Of a stretch of DNA of 64,000 nt, positions 32,839 to 42,097 are shown one piece after another. Position 1 is the stretch's first letter. Each line of letters starts with the position of its first letter. The translations under genes and the position numbers were made by a program. Source of the stretch: an uncultured bacterium (GTDB taxonomy: Bacteria > Acidobacteriota > HRBIN11 > JAKEFK01); assembly GCA_963777505.1 (NCBI GenBank), contig CAVZQN010000008.1, positions 160,001 to 224,000 on the forward strand, read 5' to 3'. The notes under the pieces are model-generated. The model saw nothing but the letters and a program-made list of their open reading frames with translations, had not been told where the DNA came from and did not search any database.

Positions 32839-34188
32839 CTAGTTGGTTCTACGCTTTTTTGATTTCTTTTTTGTGGCTGCTTCCTCTTTTAAGCGTTGGA
32901 CGGTTTCAAGATGACGGATCGCATCTTCATTCTCTGGATCCAGCTTCAAAATCTCATTCAATTCTTCAATGCTCTTATCGTAAAAACCGTTTCTGCTGTA
33001 ATTGAGTGCAAGATTCCACTTACTTCGAATCAAAACGTTGTTAACCTTTTGAGGCTCCTCCACGGGAGTGTTTTCTTGAACTGGAGCTGGAGCGCCCGGT
33101 TGCGGTTTAGCCGTTTCGACGATGGGCTTATCATTGCCCGACATAAAGAAACCGATCAAAGCGATTGCTGAAATCAGTACAGCAGCAACAGGCAAATAAA
33201 TCTTACGGACTTTGACGGGTAATTTTTTCCATGTAGAAATGTGTGGCAGCGGTGGCGGCACTGTCGTTGACATTGCAGGATTGGTTACTTCTTTTGCAAT
33301 ATTCGTAGCACGTACGCTTTCAAGTCCGTCCAGTTCCGAAAAGCCTCCGCTAATTCCATCCATCTTTTTCAAGTCCTGGATTAGATCAGCGCCGCTTGAG
33401 TAACGTTTTGCAGGATCCTTTGCAAGCAACCGCTGCAAGATTTCATTGCAGGGTTCTGGAACAGCTGGATTGATTGTGCGAGGTGGGAGCGGATCAACGT
33501 GAACAATCTTGTAGGAGATTGAAGTAAAACTGTCTCCGGAAAATGGTCTCTCACCCGTTAACATCAAGTAATAAATGACTCCAAGTGAAAAAAGATCGCT
33601 TCTTCCATCAACTGCTGATTTGCCTTCAATCTGTTCAGGAGACATGTAATTCGGTGTGCCCATGAATTGTCCGCTTTTTGTAAGGTCTGAACTTGCCATT
33701 CGAGCAATTCCGAAATCCATGATTTTCGATTTCAGTCCTGGAAGCAGCATGATGTTTGCACTCTTCACATCTCGATGGACGACTTGCTGTCTGTGTGCAT
33801 AGTTGAGTGCATCAGCCATTTGCATAATGACTTGATTCACATCCTCGAGCGGAAGCAACAAGCCTTGTGCCAGCATTTCTTGCAACGTCGTTCCTTCCAA
33901 ATATTCCATAACGATAAACGGAGTGCCTGTTTCTTTGTCTTCATCGACGTCATAAATGGTGACTATATTTGGATGATTCAGTTTGCCTGCCGCTTTTGCT
34001 TCACGATAAAAACGGTTGAGATAAAGCTGCTTTTCTTCGTCGGTTACTGCAAATGACAGCTGAATTGCTTTGATTCCGACTTCCCTTTCGATGACAGGAT
34101 CATCCGCTTTGTAAACCACACCCATCGCTCCGCGGCCAATTTCACGGATGATATGATAGCGGCCTAATTTCTTGGGGGTGTCGTTCAT
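32839..34188 (-). CDS. Membrane Ser/Thr protein kinase (Hanks type) with C-terminal TPR
   Basis: GRGAMG, HRDVKSAN, DFG, GTPNYMSPE, then a TM helix and a TPR. Confidence 0.92.
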   Translation of the reverse strand: MNDTPKKLGRYHIIREIGRGAMGVVYKADDPVIEREVGIKAIQLSFAVTDEEKQLYLNRFYREAKAAGKLNHPNIVTIYDVDEDKETGTPFIVMEYLEGTTLQEMLAQGLLLPLEDVNQVIMQMADALNYAHRQQVVHRDVKSANIMLLPGLKSKIMDFGIARMASSDLTKSGQFMGTPNYMSPEQIEGKSAVDGRSDLFSLGVIYYLMLTGERPFSGDSFTSISYKIVHVDPLPPRTINPAVPEPCNEILQRLLAKDPAKRYSSGADLIQDLKKMDGISGGFSELDGLESVRATNIAKEVTNPAMSTTVPPPLPHISTWKKLPVKVRKIYLPVAAVLISAIALIGFFMSGNDKPIVETAKPQPGAPAPVQENTPVEEPQKVNNVLIRSKWNLALNYSRNGFYDKSIEELNEILKLDPENEDAIRHLETVQRLKEEAATKKKSKKRRTN

Positions 34189-34275
34189 GGTATGATCGAA
34201 ACGCTGATTTGATGCAGTGTTTGAAGACTGTAAATTATCCTCCACGCATCCGGGTGTGTCAAGTAAACGTTACTG

Positions 34276-35043
34276 ATGACTGACGAACTTTTCACTCGAA
34301 ATTTCCTATCCCTTTTAAAGCGAAGTCAACGAGTCATGGTTTCAACCGGTGCTGGCATTTCTGCCGAAAGCGGCGGTCGTACCTTCCGTGGTTTAAACGG
34401 TCTCTGGAAAGATTTTAACCCAGAAGAGTACGCAACGCCTGAGGCTTTTGATAATAATCCGAAGAAAGTTTGGGAATTTTACGAATGGCGGCGTCAAAAA
34501 TACAAAAACATGGCCCCGAATGGGGGTCATCTTGCAGTTGCTGAGCTTGAGACTATGTTCCCTCAGTACTGGCTATTCACTCAAAATGTAGATGGTTTGC
34601 ATCAGAAAGCAGGCAGCAAAAACATATATGAATTGCACGGAAGCCTCTGGCGCGCAAAATGCGTACACGAGGGCACAAGCCGGCCGTTTCTTGAAACACC
34701 ATTGCTTGAGATCCCGCCTAAGTGTGAATGCGGTGCTTTGCTGCGACCAGATGTTGTTTGGTTTGGTGAAGCTTTGCCCCATGATTTGATTGACATGGCG
34801 ATGGAAAAAGCTGCGATGTGTGATGTGTTTTTCTTAATTGGAACATCAGCAACCGTTCAACCTGCAGCTTCACTTGCATGGATTGCTCAAGAAAACGGAG
34901 CAATCGTTATCGAAGTTAATCCTGAATCGACACCTGCAACCGAAATAGCACACGAAAGTTTCCGCGGAAATGCAGGTACAATTTTGCCGCGGCTTGTTGA
35001 GGCATTGAGAGTTCACGATGAAGAGACCAGTACTGCACATTGA
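34276..35043 (+). CDS. cobB: NAD-dependent protein deacylase (class III sirtuin)
   Basis: TGAGISAES, FYEWRR (YxxR), TQNVDGLH, ELHG, RPDVVWFGE. Confidence 0.92.
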   Translation: MTDELFTRNFLSLLKRSQRVMVSTGAGISAESGGRTFRGLNGLWKDFNPEEYATPEAFDNNPKKVWEFYEWRRQKYKNMAPNGGHLAVAELETMFPQYWLFTQNVDGLHQKAGSKNIYELHGSLWRAKCVHEGTSRPFLETPLLEIPPKCECGALLRPDVVWFGEALPHDLIDMAMEKAAMCDVFFLIGTSATVQPAASLAWIAQENGAIVIEVNPESTPATEIAHESFRGNAGTILPRLVEALRVHDEETSTAH

Positions 35044-36190
35044 AGCATCTTCCGGAGTATCCGGAGATATGATGCTGGGCGCCTTTCTCGATCTTGGGAT
35101 TCCGGTGGAAACTTTGTACAGCGCGTGGAACTCTCTTCGTCTGGACAATTATGAAGCCGAAATTTTTGAAACGACCAAGAGCGGCATGCGTGCACTTCGA
35201 TGCCGAATCAAAACGGATGAATCACAAGGACCTCGAAGTTGGAAAGAGTATGAAAAACTTCTGAAGACTTCAAGATTAAAACCGGTGATACGCGATACGG
35301 CACTAAAATTGTGCCATCGTCTTTTTGAAGTAGAAAGTGAATTTCATGCCATTCCTCTTACACGGCTGCATCTCCACGAAATGGGAGGAACTGACTTATT
35401 GCTCGATGTAGTTGGTACTCTTGCCGCTGTTGAATTTATGAAACCACTATTCATTACAGCATCAGCAGTGAATACGGGTCACGGTTTTATTCGCTTCTCA
35501 CACGGACATTATCCAGTTCCGGCACCCGCAACTACAAAATTATTGGAAGGCGTTCCTGTTTTCCAGAATGAAGTGAGCGGTGAACTTGCAACACCCACCG
35601 GAGCATTGTTGATAAAACATCTCGCAAATTCATTCGGATCCATGCCTGTTATGTCGCTCGAAAAAACTGGGATCGGTGCGGGAGAGCGTGATACTTCACC
35701 TCATCCAAATGTGCTTCGTATTTTTCAGGGAAACGTTGAAGAATCTACTGCAAACTATGAAGATATATATCTGGTGGAATCAAACATCGATGATTGCAAT
35801 CCTCAAATCCTTTCCTACTTCATGGAAAAAGCCTTTGAGCAAGGAGCGCTGGACGTTTTCTTCACTCCGATCTTCATGAAAAAGAACCGTCCTGCGATCA
35901 GGCTTTCTTTGTTAACTCCATTTTCACGATTGGAAGACCTGATCCGTTTGTTGTTCGCGGAAACTACGGCAATCGGTGTGCGTTATTGGAAGGTTGAAAG
36001 ACAGAAGCTCGAACGGAAATGGAAAGAAGTTAGAATTTGGAAGAATGTCATAAAAATCAAAGAAAGTTATATGGATGGAAAACTTTATAATTACCAGCCT
36101 GAATATGAAGATTGCAAAACTTTGGCGCAAAAGCTAAATAAGCCGTTAAAAGAAGTAATAGCCGCTGCAATCCAAGCTTACCGAAAGTAG
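35018..36190 (+). CDS. larC: Nickel-pincer cofactor biosynthesis protein LarC
   Basis: SGDMMLGA, HLHEMG, PVPAPAT, TPTGA, NIDD, MKKNRP, PEYEDC. Confidence 0.9.
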   Translation: MKRPVLHIEASSGVSGDMMLGAFLDLGIPVETLYSAWNSLRLDNYEAEIFETTKSGMRALRCRIKTDESQGPRSWKEYEKLLKTSRLKPVIRDTALKLCHRLFEVESEFHAIPLTRLHLHEMGGTDLLLDVVGTLAAVEFMKPLFITASAVNTGHGFIRFSHGHYPVPAPATTKLLEGVPVFQNEVSGELATPTGALLIKHLANSFGSMPVMSLEKTGIGAGERDTSPHPNVLRIFQGNVEESTANYEDIYLVESNIDDCNPQILSYFMEKAFEQGALDVFFTPIFMKKNRPAIRLSLLTPFSRLEDLIRLLFAETTAIGVRYWKVERQKLERKWKEVRIWKNVIKIKESYMDGKLYNYQPEYEDCKTLAQKLNKPLKEVIAAAIQAYRK

Positions 36191-36193
36191 CAA

Positions 36194-36253
36194 TTTGTAA
36201 CGCCGGCCTCTGGCCGGCTCCTAGCTCTGCGCCTCTGCGGTTGGTCGTACAAA
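36194..36253. repeat. Short composite element with TTTGTA/TACAAA ends; related copy at 42033-42081
   Basis: TTTGTAACGC...CTCTGCGCCTCTGCGGTTGGTCGTACAAA. Confidence 0.65.
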
Positions 36254-36255
36254 CC

Positions 36256-37716
36256 CTAATTAGACTTGTCCCTGTAGTTTAACGGCGGTTTTTTGTCTGC
36301 AGGAATTCTTGAACGATACTCCCGATTTCCCTTTCGAAGTTTGAAATTGGCTTTTGCGCGGTCAACCAGTTTTGGATCCGTGAGTAAATCCATAGCTGTT
36401 AGTGCAATTGTTTTTGCGGCTACCACCATTCCTTTCCTTCCGACACTCGATCCGGAACAAGCCACTGCTTGCCACGTATGTGCTGGAGTTCCAGGAACCC
36501 ATGTAGCAGCATCAAAATCCGCGACTGGAACGTTCCAGCTTACGTCCCCAACATCAGTTGATCCGGTCGAAGTATCAGCACGAATGGGTTGTATCTTCGA
36601 TTCACTTCCAAGTGGCGGCGCATCTTCAAGATCGATCGTTTTTCGTAACTTTTCCGCAAACACAATTTCTTCCGGAGTGTATTTTACGCCGCCAACCGTC
36701 TTTAGGTTTTTATCGACAACCTCTACAAGAACGTCATTCGGAAGCATGCTATAGCTGCTATGAATAATTTCCATAGACATCTTTGTCTCTGTCGCGAGCG
36801 CTCCAGCTTCAGCACACTTTTTGATCCTTTCCCAAATTCCATCCACTGTGTCCATTTCAGGATGGCGTGCATATAAAAAGACTTCTGCAAAATCAGGCAC
36901 AACATTTGGTGCTCCGCCACCATTTGTAATTACATAATGAATCCTGGTAGTTGTAGGCACATGTTCACGAAGCAAATCTACAGCGTGAGTCATCACCTGG
37001 ACTGCATCCAATGCAGAACGTCCTTTATCTGGAGATGCAGAAGCATGTGCCGCAACTCCTGAAAAACGGAATTTAGCGCTGATATTCGCAAGTGAAGGCC
37101 GCTTGCTCGCCTGATTTTCATCTCCAGGATGCCATGCGATAACAACATCACAATCGTTAAATAATCCAGCACGCACAAGATATGCTTTTCCGCTTCCTCC
37201 TTCTTCCGCCGGAGTTCCATAAAGCCGAATTGTTCCTTTCAATTTCTTTTGCGACATCATTTCTTTTACTGCAACAGCAGCTTGTAACGCTGCTGTTCCA
37301 AATAAATTGTGACCGCACCCATGACCTGGCGCTCCATTCGTTCGAACCTTCTTCTCAGGAACATCTTCCTGCGATAAGCCTGGAAGCGCATCAAATTCTG
37401 CAAGAATTCCGATCACAGGGCTTCCGGATCCCCAGCTTGCAACAAAGGCAGTAGGAATTTCTGCAACACCTTCCTGGATTTCAAAGCCCGCGCTGCGAAG
37501 TTCGGACTTTAACAATTCCGAACTTTGGGTTTCTTTGTATCCAACTTCAGCAAATTCCCAAATTTTCCGCGACACTTCCCCAAAATGATCCGCATTCTTG
37601 TTTATAGATTCGATCATCGCTTGACGATCATCCGTGGAAAATGACTCCGACGCGCTTACATGAAAAGAAAAAAGAGGAACGCAAAACAGCAGAATGATGA
37701 AAAGACTCTTATTCAA
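36256..37716 (-). CDS. Secreted M20 amidohydrolase (AbgB-like)
   Basis: EFDALPG, GHGCGHN, PAEEGG, WHP, GSTDVGDVSW. Confidence 0.9.
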   Translation of the reverse strand: MNKSLFIILLFCVPLFSFHVSASESFSTDDRQAMIESINKNADHFGEVSRKIWEFAEVGYKETQSSELLKSELRSAGFEIQEGVAEIPTAFVASWGSGSPVIGILAEFDALPGLSQEDVPEKKVRTNGAPGHGCGHNLFGTAALQAAVAVKEMMSQKKLKGTIRLYGTPAEEGGSGKAYLVRAGLFNDCDVVIAWHPGDENQASKRPSLANISAKFRFSGVAAHASASPDKGRSALDAVQVMTHAVDLLREHVPTTTRIHYVITNGGGAPNVVPDFAEVFLYARHPEMDTVDGIWERIKKCAEAGALATETKMSMEIIHSSYSMLPNDVLVEVVDKNLKTVGGVKYTPEEIVFAEKLRKTIDLEDAPPLGSESKIQPIRADTSTGSTDVGDVSWNVPVADFDAATWVPGTPAHTWQAVACSGSSVGRKGMVVAAKTIALTAMDLLTDPKLVDRAKANFKLRKGNREYRSRIPADKKPPLNYRDKSN

Positions 37717-37741
37717 GGGACCTCCCGGAAGAATTTGAGGA

Positions 37742-38206
37742 TTACTTCAACAGAAATTTTAGTTTAGGACCGGTAAATATGAAACCCTGTTTTTCGTAAA
37801 AGCCTCTTGTGCGCTCCCAGCGCTCAGACTCAGGGGCAGTAACGTCAATACGCGCCCAGCCTTTTTTCCTGCCGTACTCTATCGCTGCTTGAATCAGCAT
37901 CGCTCCAATACCAGCCGAGCGATAGGCAGGATCTGTGTACATTTCATTGATGATGCCGTAATTGCCATTTGCATAGATTGCGAAAGTCTCTGCTAAAGTC
38001 AGAATTCCAACAATCTTTTCTTCAGGATTCTTAGCAGCGAACACCTTGAAACGATCTGAAGAGTTTTTCCATTCTTTCAATACCTTTTCGTGTGATAACT
38101 CTCCGAGTTCATCTCCTTCTTCGCCTAGCTCTACAAGTAGTTTTAACACTTCATCAAAAACAACATTCGCTTCATCTACACTCAATTTCACAATCCGTAT
38201 ATTCAT
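37742..38206 (-). CDS. GNAT family N-acetyltransferase
   Basis: YRSAGIG acetyl-CoA motif; FYEKQGF. Confidence 0.85.
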   Translation of the reverse strand: MNIRIVKLSVDEANVVFDEVLKLLVELGEEGDELGELSHEKVLKEWKNSSDRFKVFAAKNPEEKIVGILTLAETFAIYANGNYGIINEMYTDPAYRSAGIGAMLIQAAIEYGRKKGWARIDVTAPESERWERTRGFYEKQGFIFTGPKLKFLLK

Positions 38207-38208
38207 CG

Positions 38209-38676
38209 TTAAAGTTTTAACTCCATGTATGCAGTGCCTGAAATGGGATTGTAACGATACGCGTCAATTTCATAAAAGCCGAGTGACTTATACAACATTT
38301 TTGCACGTTCCATTGTTGGCAGAGTATCCAGCCGCATGAATTTATATCCCGCATTGCGGGCACGCTCAATGATCGACTCCGCAAGAGTTCTCCCTAACTT
38401 TGTACCACGCCATTCCGGACGCACATAGAGGCGTTTCATTTCGCATGAATTATTTCCAAGGCTGCGCATGGCCACACAACCCGCCGATTTACCCTCTTCA
38501 ACTGCGAGCAGCAAAGCACCTTCAGGTGGTGTATACGCTCCTGGAAGTTCAGCCAGTTCTTTATCAAAACCCTGGAAGTCTAATGGAGTCCCAAGCGACT
38601 CAGCATATTCAAGGAACAAGCTTCGGATTTCATTTAGAAATTGGCCCTCATGAGCATCAATGATTCTGATCGTCAT
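38209..38676 (-). CDS. GNAT family N-acetyltransferase
   Basis: EMKRLYVRPEWRG, LDT, LYKSLGF. Confidence 0.9.
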   Translation of the reverse strand: MTIRIIDAHEGQFLNEIRSLFLEYAESLGTPLDFQGFDKELAELPGAYTPPEGALLLAVEEGKSAGCVAMRSLGNNSCEMKRLYVRPEWRGTKLGRTLAESIIERARNAGYKFMRLDTLPTMERAKMLYKSLGFYEIDAYRYNPISGTAYMELKL

Positions 38677-39380
38677 ACTTCAATTTCTGGATTGTTTTTA
38701 TTGATGATCGCCGGTTTGATGTTTCCTTTGCAAAATTTACGGATAAGAGTCGCAAGTTCTTCGATGATTTCATTTAGTTTCGCGTTGTCTACAGGCGGAA
38801 GCGCTTCAATGACTAAAATCGCGTTGCGCGTATTGTCAGATAATTTTGTTCTGTCGGCTTCCTTCCAATTCCATCTTCTGCAAATTGCACCGGTCGTATC
38901 CTTATATATAACCTCACCGTTTTTTGGAGAGCGCGCCTCAGGTTCACCAAGGAGCTTCACGGCTGGTTCATTTTCGCTCGCAAAGGTTAACTCAATATCG
39001 CCTTCAATTTTATCGAGATCTTCACCGCCGGCAGGCACAATATGCTTGAGTGAAATCATGTTGTAGAGATCAACAAGCATGTTGATATGAGGAAGCGAAT
39101 AGCCCTTAATGACACGTTTGATTAAGTTCTCAACCGAAGAGGGATAATCTTTCGGCTTTGCGCCGAATTTTCTGTAAGCCTCGCGCCATGGAGAAATTTG
39201 GGGATGTTCACTCACCTGCTGGTTTACAAAACGTTCCCGGACTTGAGTTTCTTCACGATGCAAACTCTCCAAAACTTCCGCGCTTTCTGAAGAGTTATCA
39301 ATTTCACGGGCTGAAATAACACCGATGAGAACATCGGGAAATGTCGCGAAGATTTTTTCTGAAACGAAAAGCTTTGTCAT
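38673..39380 (-). CDS. Standalone B3/B4-domain protein (PheRS editing-domain-like)
   Basis: WREAYRKFG, SSVENL, VDLYNMIS, CRRWNWKE. Confidence 0.85.
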   Translation of the reverse strand: MTKLFVSEKIFATFPDVLIGVISAREIDNSSESAEVLESLHREETQVRERFVNQQVSEHPQISPWREAYRKFGAKPKDYPSSVENLIKRVIKGYSLPHINMLVDLYNMISLKHIVPAGGEDLDKIEGDIELTFASENEPAVKLLGEPEARSPKNGEVIYKDTTGAICRRWNWKEADRTKLSDNTRNAILVIEALPPVDNAKLNEIIEELATLIRKFCKGNIKPAIINKNNPEIEV

Positions 39381-39425
39381 TCATAAATTATAAAAGCGAA
39401 CTACTGTGTGGAATAGATACAGTTA

Positions 39426-40382
39426 TTATGAACAATTTTCGCCTTGTGCACCCTTCGGCCAGGCACCTGAAAGGAAAGTATCCACAGCATAGAAAAAAGT
39501 TTCAGGTTGTTCGACGAATGGCCAGTGTCCTGCTTTAGGAATCACAAAAAGGCAAGCATTTGGGAAACCAGTAACCCAATCCCGTGCGCCTTCGATTGGA
39601 ATTGAATCTTCCGCACCATGAATGACAAGCCGTTGTACATTCAGATTCTTCAGATCAGGCATCAGATTTATGCCTTCGACCGTTGGAATGAGCGCTTCAA
39701 AGTATGATCCCAAATTAGTTGGCCATTCATTTGGATACTTACACACATCCGGATGATCTTTCGATTTGGCAGGATCAAAAAAAGTCGTCGGCTGCATGAT
39801 ACTTGCTTCGGCCCTGCAATAACCTTCAGGATCATTTTTCCATGTTCCTGCTTCTCTTTTGGTACGCAATTCAGCGAGAGCTTTTTCATCGATGTTTTTC
39901 ATTCGACCATTCATCATTCGTTCCATGTAATCCTTTGATACCGGAGGAAGAGCGGCAACTTGAATCAGTTTCGACACTCTTTTGGGATAACGCACCGCAT
40001 AAACTGCAAATTCTTTTCCCATTCCGGACCAGCCCAGGAGAATCATCTTTTCTAATCCCATCGCTTTGCGCAGATCTTCCAAATCATTCACTTGATGGTC
40101 AAGTCCAACCTGTGTACCCTTTACTGAATCGGACCGTCCGCGTCCGCGTGCATCATAAAAAATGACTCGCCGCGTTTGAGCTAAAGGCTTTAACCCCTCT
40201 TCATTTAGAAATCCACCCGATACGACAATAGTTTCAGAACCTGAACCTTCAATGTGGTAATAAATACGAACTCCATCCCGAGCTTTCACAAAACCTTCGA
40301 GCGGAGTTTTTTCTTGCGCTATAGCCTGCGCATCCAGGATAAAAAAGAAATAAACACAAAGAACAATTAAGACTGGACGCAT
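39426..40382 (-). CDS. Secreted alpha/beta hydrolase (proline iminopeptidase-like)
   Basis: YDARGRGRS, GWSGMG nucleophile elbow, HGAED, AGHWP. Confidence 0.85.
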   Translation of the reverse strand: MRPVLIVLCVYFFFILDAQAIAQEKTPLEGFVKARDGVRIYYHIEGSGSETIVVSGGFLNEEGLKPLAQTRRVIFYDARGRGRSDSVKGTQVGLDHQVNDLEDLRKAMGLEKMILLGWSGMGKEFAVYAVRYPKRVSKLIQVAALPPVSKDYMERMMNGRMKNIDEKALAELRTKREAGTWKNDPEGYCRAEASIMQPTTFFDPAKSKDHPDVCKYPNEWPTNLGSYFEALIPTVEGINLMPDLKNLNVQRLVIHGAEDSIPIEGARDWVTGFPNACLFVIPKAGHWPFVEQPETFFYAVDTFLSGAWPKGAQGENCS

Positions 40383-40497
40383 ATGACCGCCTCCTTTGTT
40401 TCAATTAATGTAATCTTGAGGAAGCTATGCTGATAAGTAATTTGGCTCAGTCCGAGAAAATTGTTCCTTAGAATGATCGATTTGCGTGTTGAATCGC

Positions 40498-40993
40498 TTA
40501 GCTATGAACGTCGAAGTAGTAGAGATAATCGGTCATACATGGGTTTGCCCCATGCGACCGAAGAAGAGTTGTAACCTGACCGCGATGATACGTAGAGTGA
40601 TTTACAAGATGCTGAAATATTTGGACCATCGTGTATTTCCAGATTTCACCGCTGAAAATTTGTGTACGCAATTACTTTTTCCAAAGACTCCTCAGAGGCG
40701 CTTTCGACAAGCTTCTTTAGTTCCTGATCGACTTCAGCCCATCGAACGCGCATTGAGTTTAAGTCAGGAAATTCTTGAGGGTTCATCATTTGCTTTGGGG
40801 AAATTCCATTGCAGCGTTTCATCATCACCCATTCTGCGGAAAGAATATGCGTTAAAGTATCTCGAACGGAACGATAGCTGCTTGCGACGTCTTCTGTGAA
40901 CTTTTCAGGCGGCAAAGAGGCGACGGCATCTAATATGCAGCCATTTGCCCAACGGTTGTATGCAAATAAAGTCTGAACATCGGTTGGATTCAT
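40498..40993 (-). CDS. DinB family protein with one frameshift at ~40656 (T homopolymer)
   Basis: YNRWAN, TLTHIL, then shifted frame QHLVNHSTYHRGQVTTLLR. Confidence 0.85.
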
Positions 40994-41006
40994 AGTACCC
41001 TCACAT

Positions 41007-41073
41007 GTGGGCGGGTCTAAGACACGCCCGTGTAGAATCAACCTCTACTCGCGGGCGGGTTAGACGCCCCTAC
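41007..41073. repeat. REP family A doublet (degenerate)
   Basis: GTGGGCGGGTCTAAGACACGCCCG ... CGGGCGGGTTAGACGCCCCTAC. Confidence 0.75.
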
Positions 41074-41995
41074 TGGTGAACCTGGCACTATCGCGTCAGC
41101 TAATCCAAGATACGGATCATCAATCGGGATATGCAACAGTTCCTTGTAAATGACATTTCCGAAGGTTTCGATTTTTGGAAGTGAGGTGTAGTTTGAATAA
41201 AGCGCATGAACTGCAGGACGCATCAATTTCATGTTGTTTACAGAATCAGCTTCAACAATATCGCGGCCAACTTGCTGAGGATCTTTCGTTTTGATTTTCA
41301 GCAAGCATCTCTGTCAATTCTTGCACTGTAGCCGGATCTTTGCTGATATCGTGAAAGCCTTTTGAAGCCCGGCCTCCGCTTCCCGCTTCCGCGAGGCCGG
41401 GCCTCAGATTCAAAGCTTTTAATAGCGGACTCTCTACGAGTGCTTTTGAAAGAGTAATCCTTTGTTGTTCAACATGGACTTGTTCCGAAAACTGTGTACG
41501 ATGCCATGCAATTACTTCCTGATTATTTGTTGGTGGTTTCAAAGTTTTAACGAAATCCAGCGTTTTACGAATTTCATTCACGTAGTGCACGGGGTTATAA
41601 ACACCGGGATAAGCGTCATACACATCTCCATCCGGAGATAGGATGTAAGTAACGATGTTTCCGCCAAGAGTGCGTTGCAGAGTTCGACCATTGCCGAGTT
41701 CAATCGTTACTTTTGGAACGGAACCAACACTTTCCCACACAGGAATAACTTCAGATGAAAGAAGCCGAATGACTTCGGGATCAGAGAGCGTCACGGCCCT
41801 CAGGGTTCGCCCGTTGGTTCATGTAAATTCTTGATCCAGGCGTCCGAATAAATGCAGAAGTAGAATTGGTTTGCCTTCCTGTTTCGCTTTTTCTTGAGCG
41901 GCTTTCAGGGATGTTTCCCATGGAATAGCTGCAAAGCCGTTAATCGCGAAAAGGAGGAAACTCCCGACGAGAAAGGCGCGCTTTAAATGGTTCAT
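41038..41995 (-). CDS. Putative secreted thioredoxin-like selenoprotein, selenoprotein N-like (in-frame TGA at 41821-41819 = codon 59; frameshift at ~41300)
   Basis: MNHLKRAFLVGSFLLFAINGFAAIPWETSLKAAQEKAKQEGKPILLLHLFGRLDQEFT-U-TNGRTLRAVTLSDPEV... is in frame with ORF 41252-41794; C-terminus lies in ORF 41038-41304. Confidence 0.75.
41776..41813 (-). promoter_or_regulatory. Candidate bacterial SECIS element
   Basis: After the UGA: CGGG ... GAGGGC [CGUGAC] GCUCUC ... CCCG; apical loop starts 23 nt after the UGA, with G then U at loop positions 2-3. Confidence 0.55.
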
Positions 41996-42032
41996 GCTAT
42001 ATAAAACGCGCCTGAGCTTAAAAGATAAGGAA

Positions 42033-42081
42033 TTTGTAGACCAAACCGCAGAGGCGCAGAGTGCGGAGGCAGCGTTACAAA
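42033..42081. repeat. Second copy of the TTTGTA/TACAAA composite element (minus orientation)
   Basis: Reverse complement: TTTGTAACGCTGCCTCCGCACTCTGCGCCTCTGCGGTTTGGTCTACAAA. Confidence 0.65.
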
Positions 42082-42097
42082 CGCTTGGCTAAAAGAT

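Noticed and set aside
40646-40648. TGA ending the DinB ORF as a possible second Sec codon
   Set aside because: The conserved HxxxH/HRGQ C-terminus continues in a different frame, so this is an indel and not read-through. The TGA stops at 2073 and 45721 fail for the same reason.
42001-42030. ECF promoter in front of the selenoprotein gene (CTTATC-N15-CGTTTT)
   Set aside because: The -10 matches the ECF candidate but the -35 matches only 3/6, too weak to call
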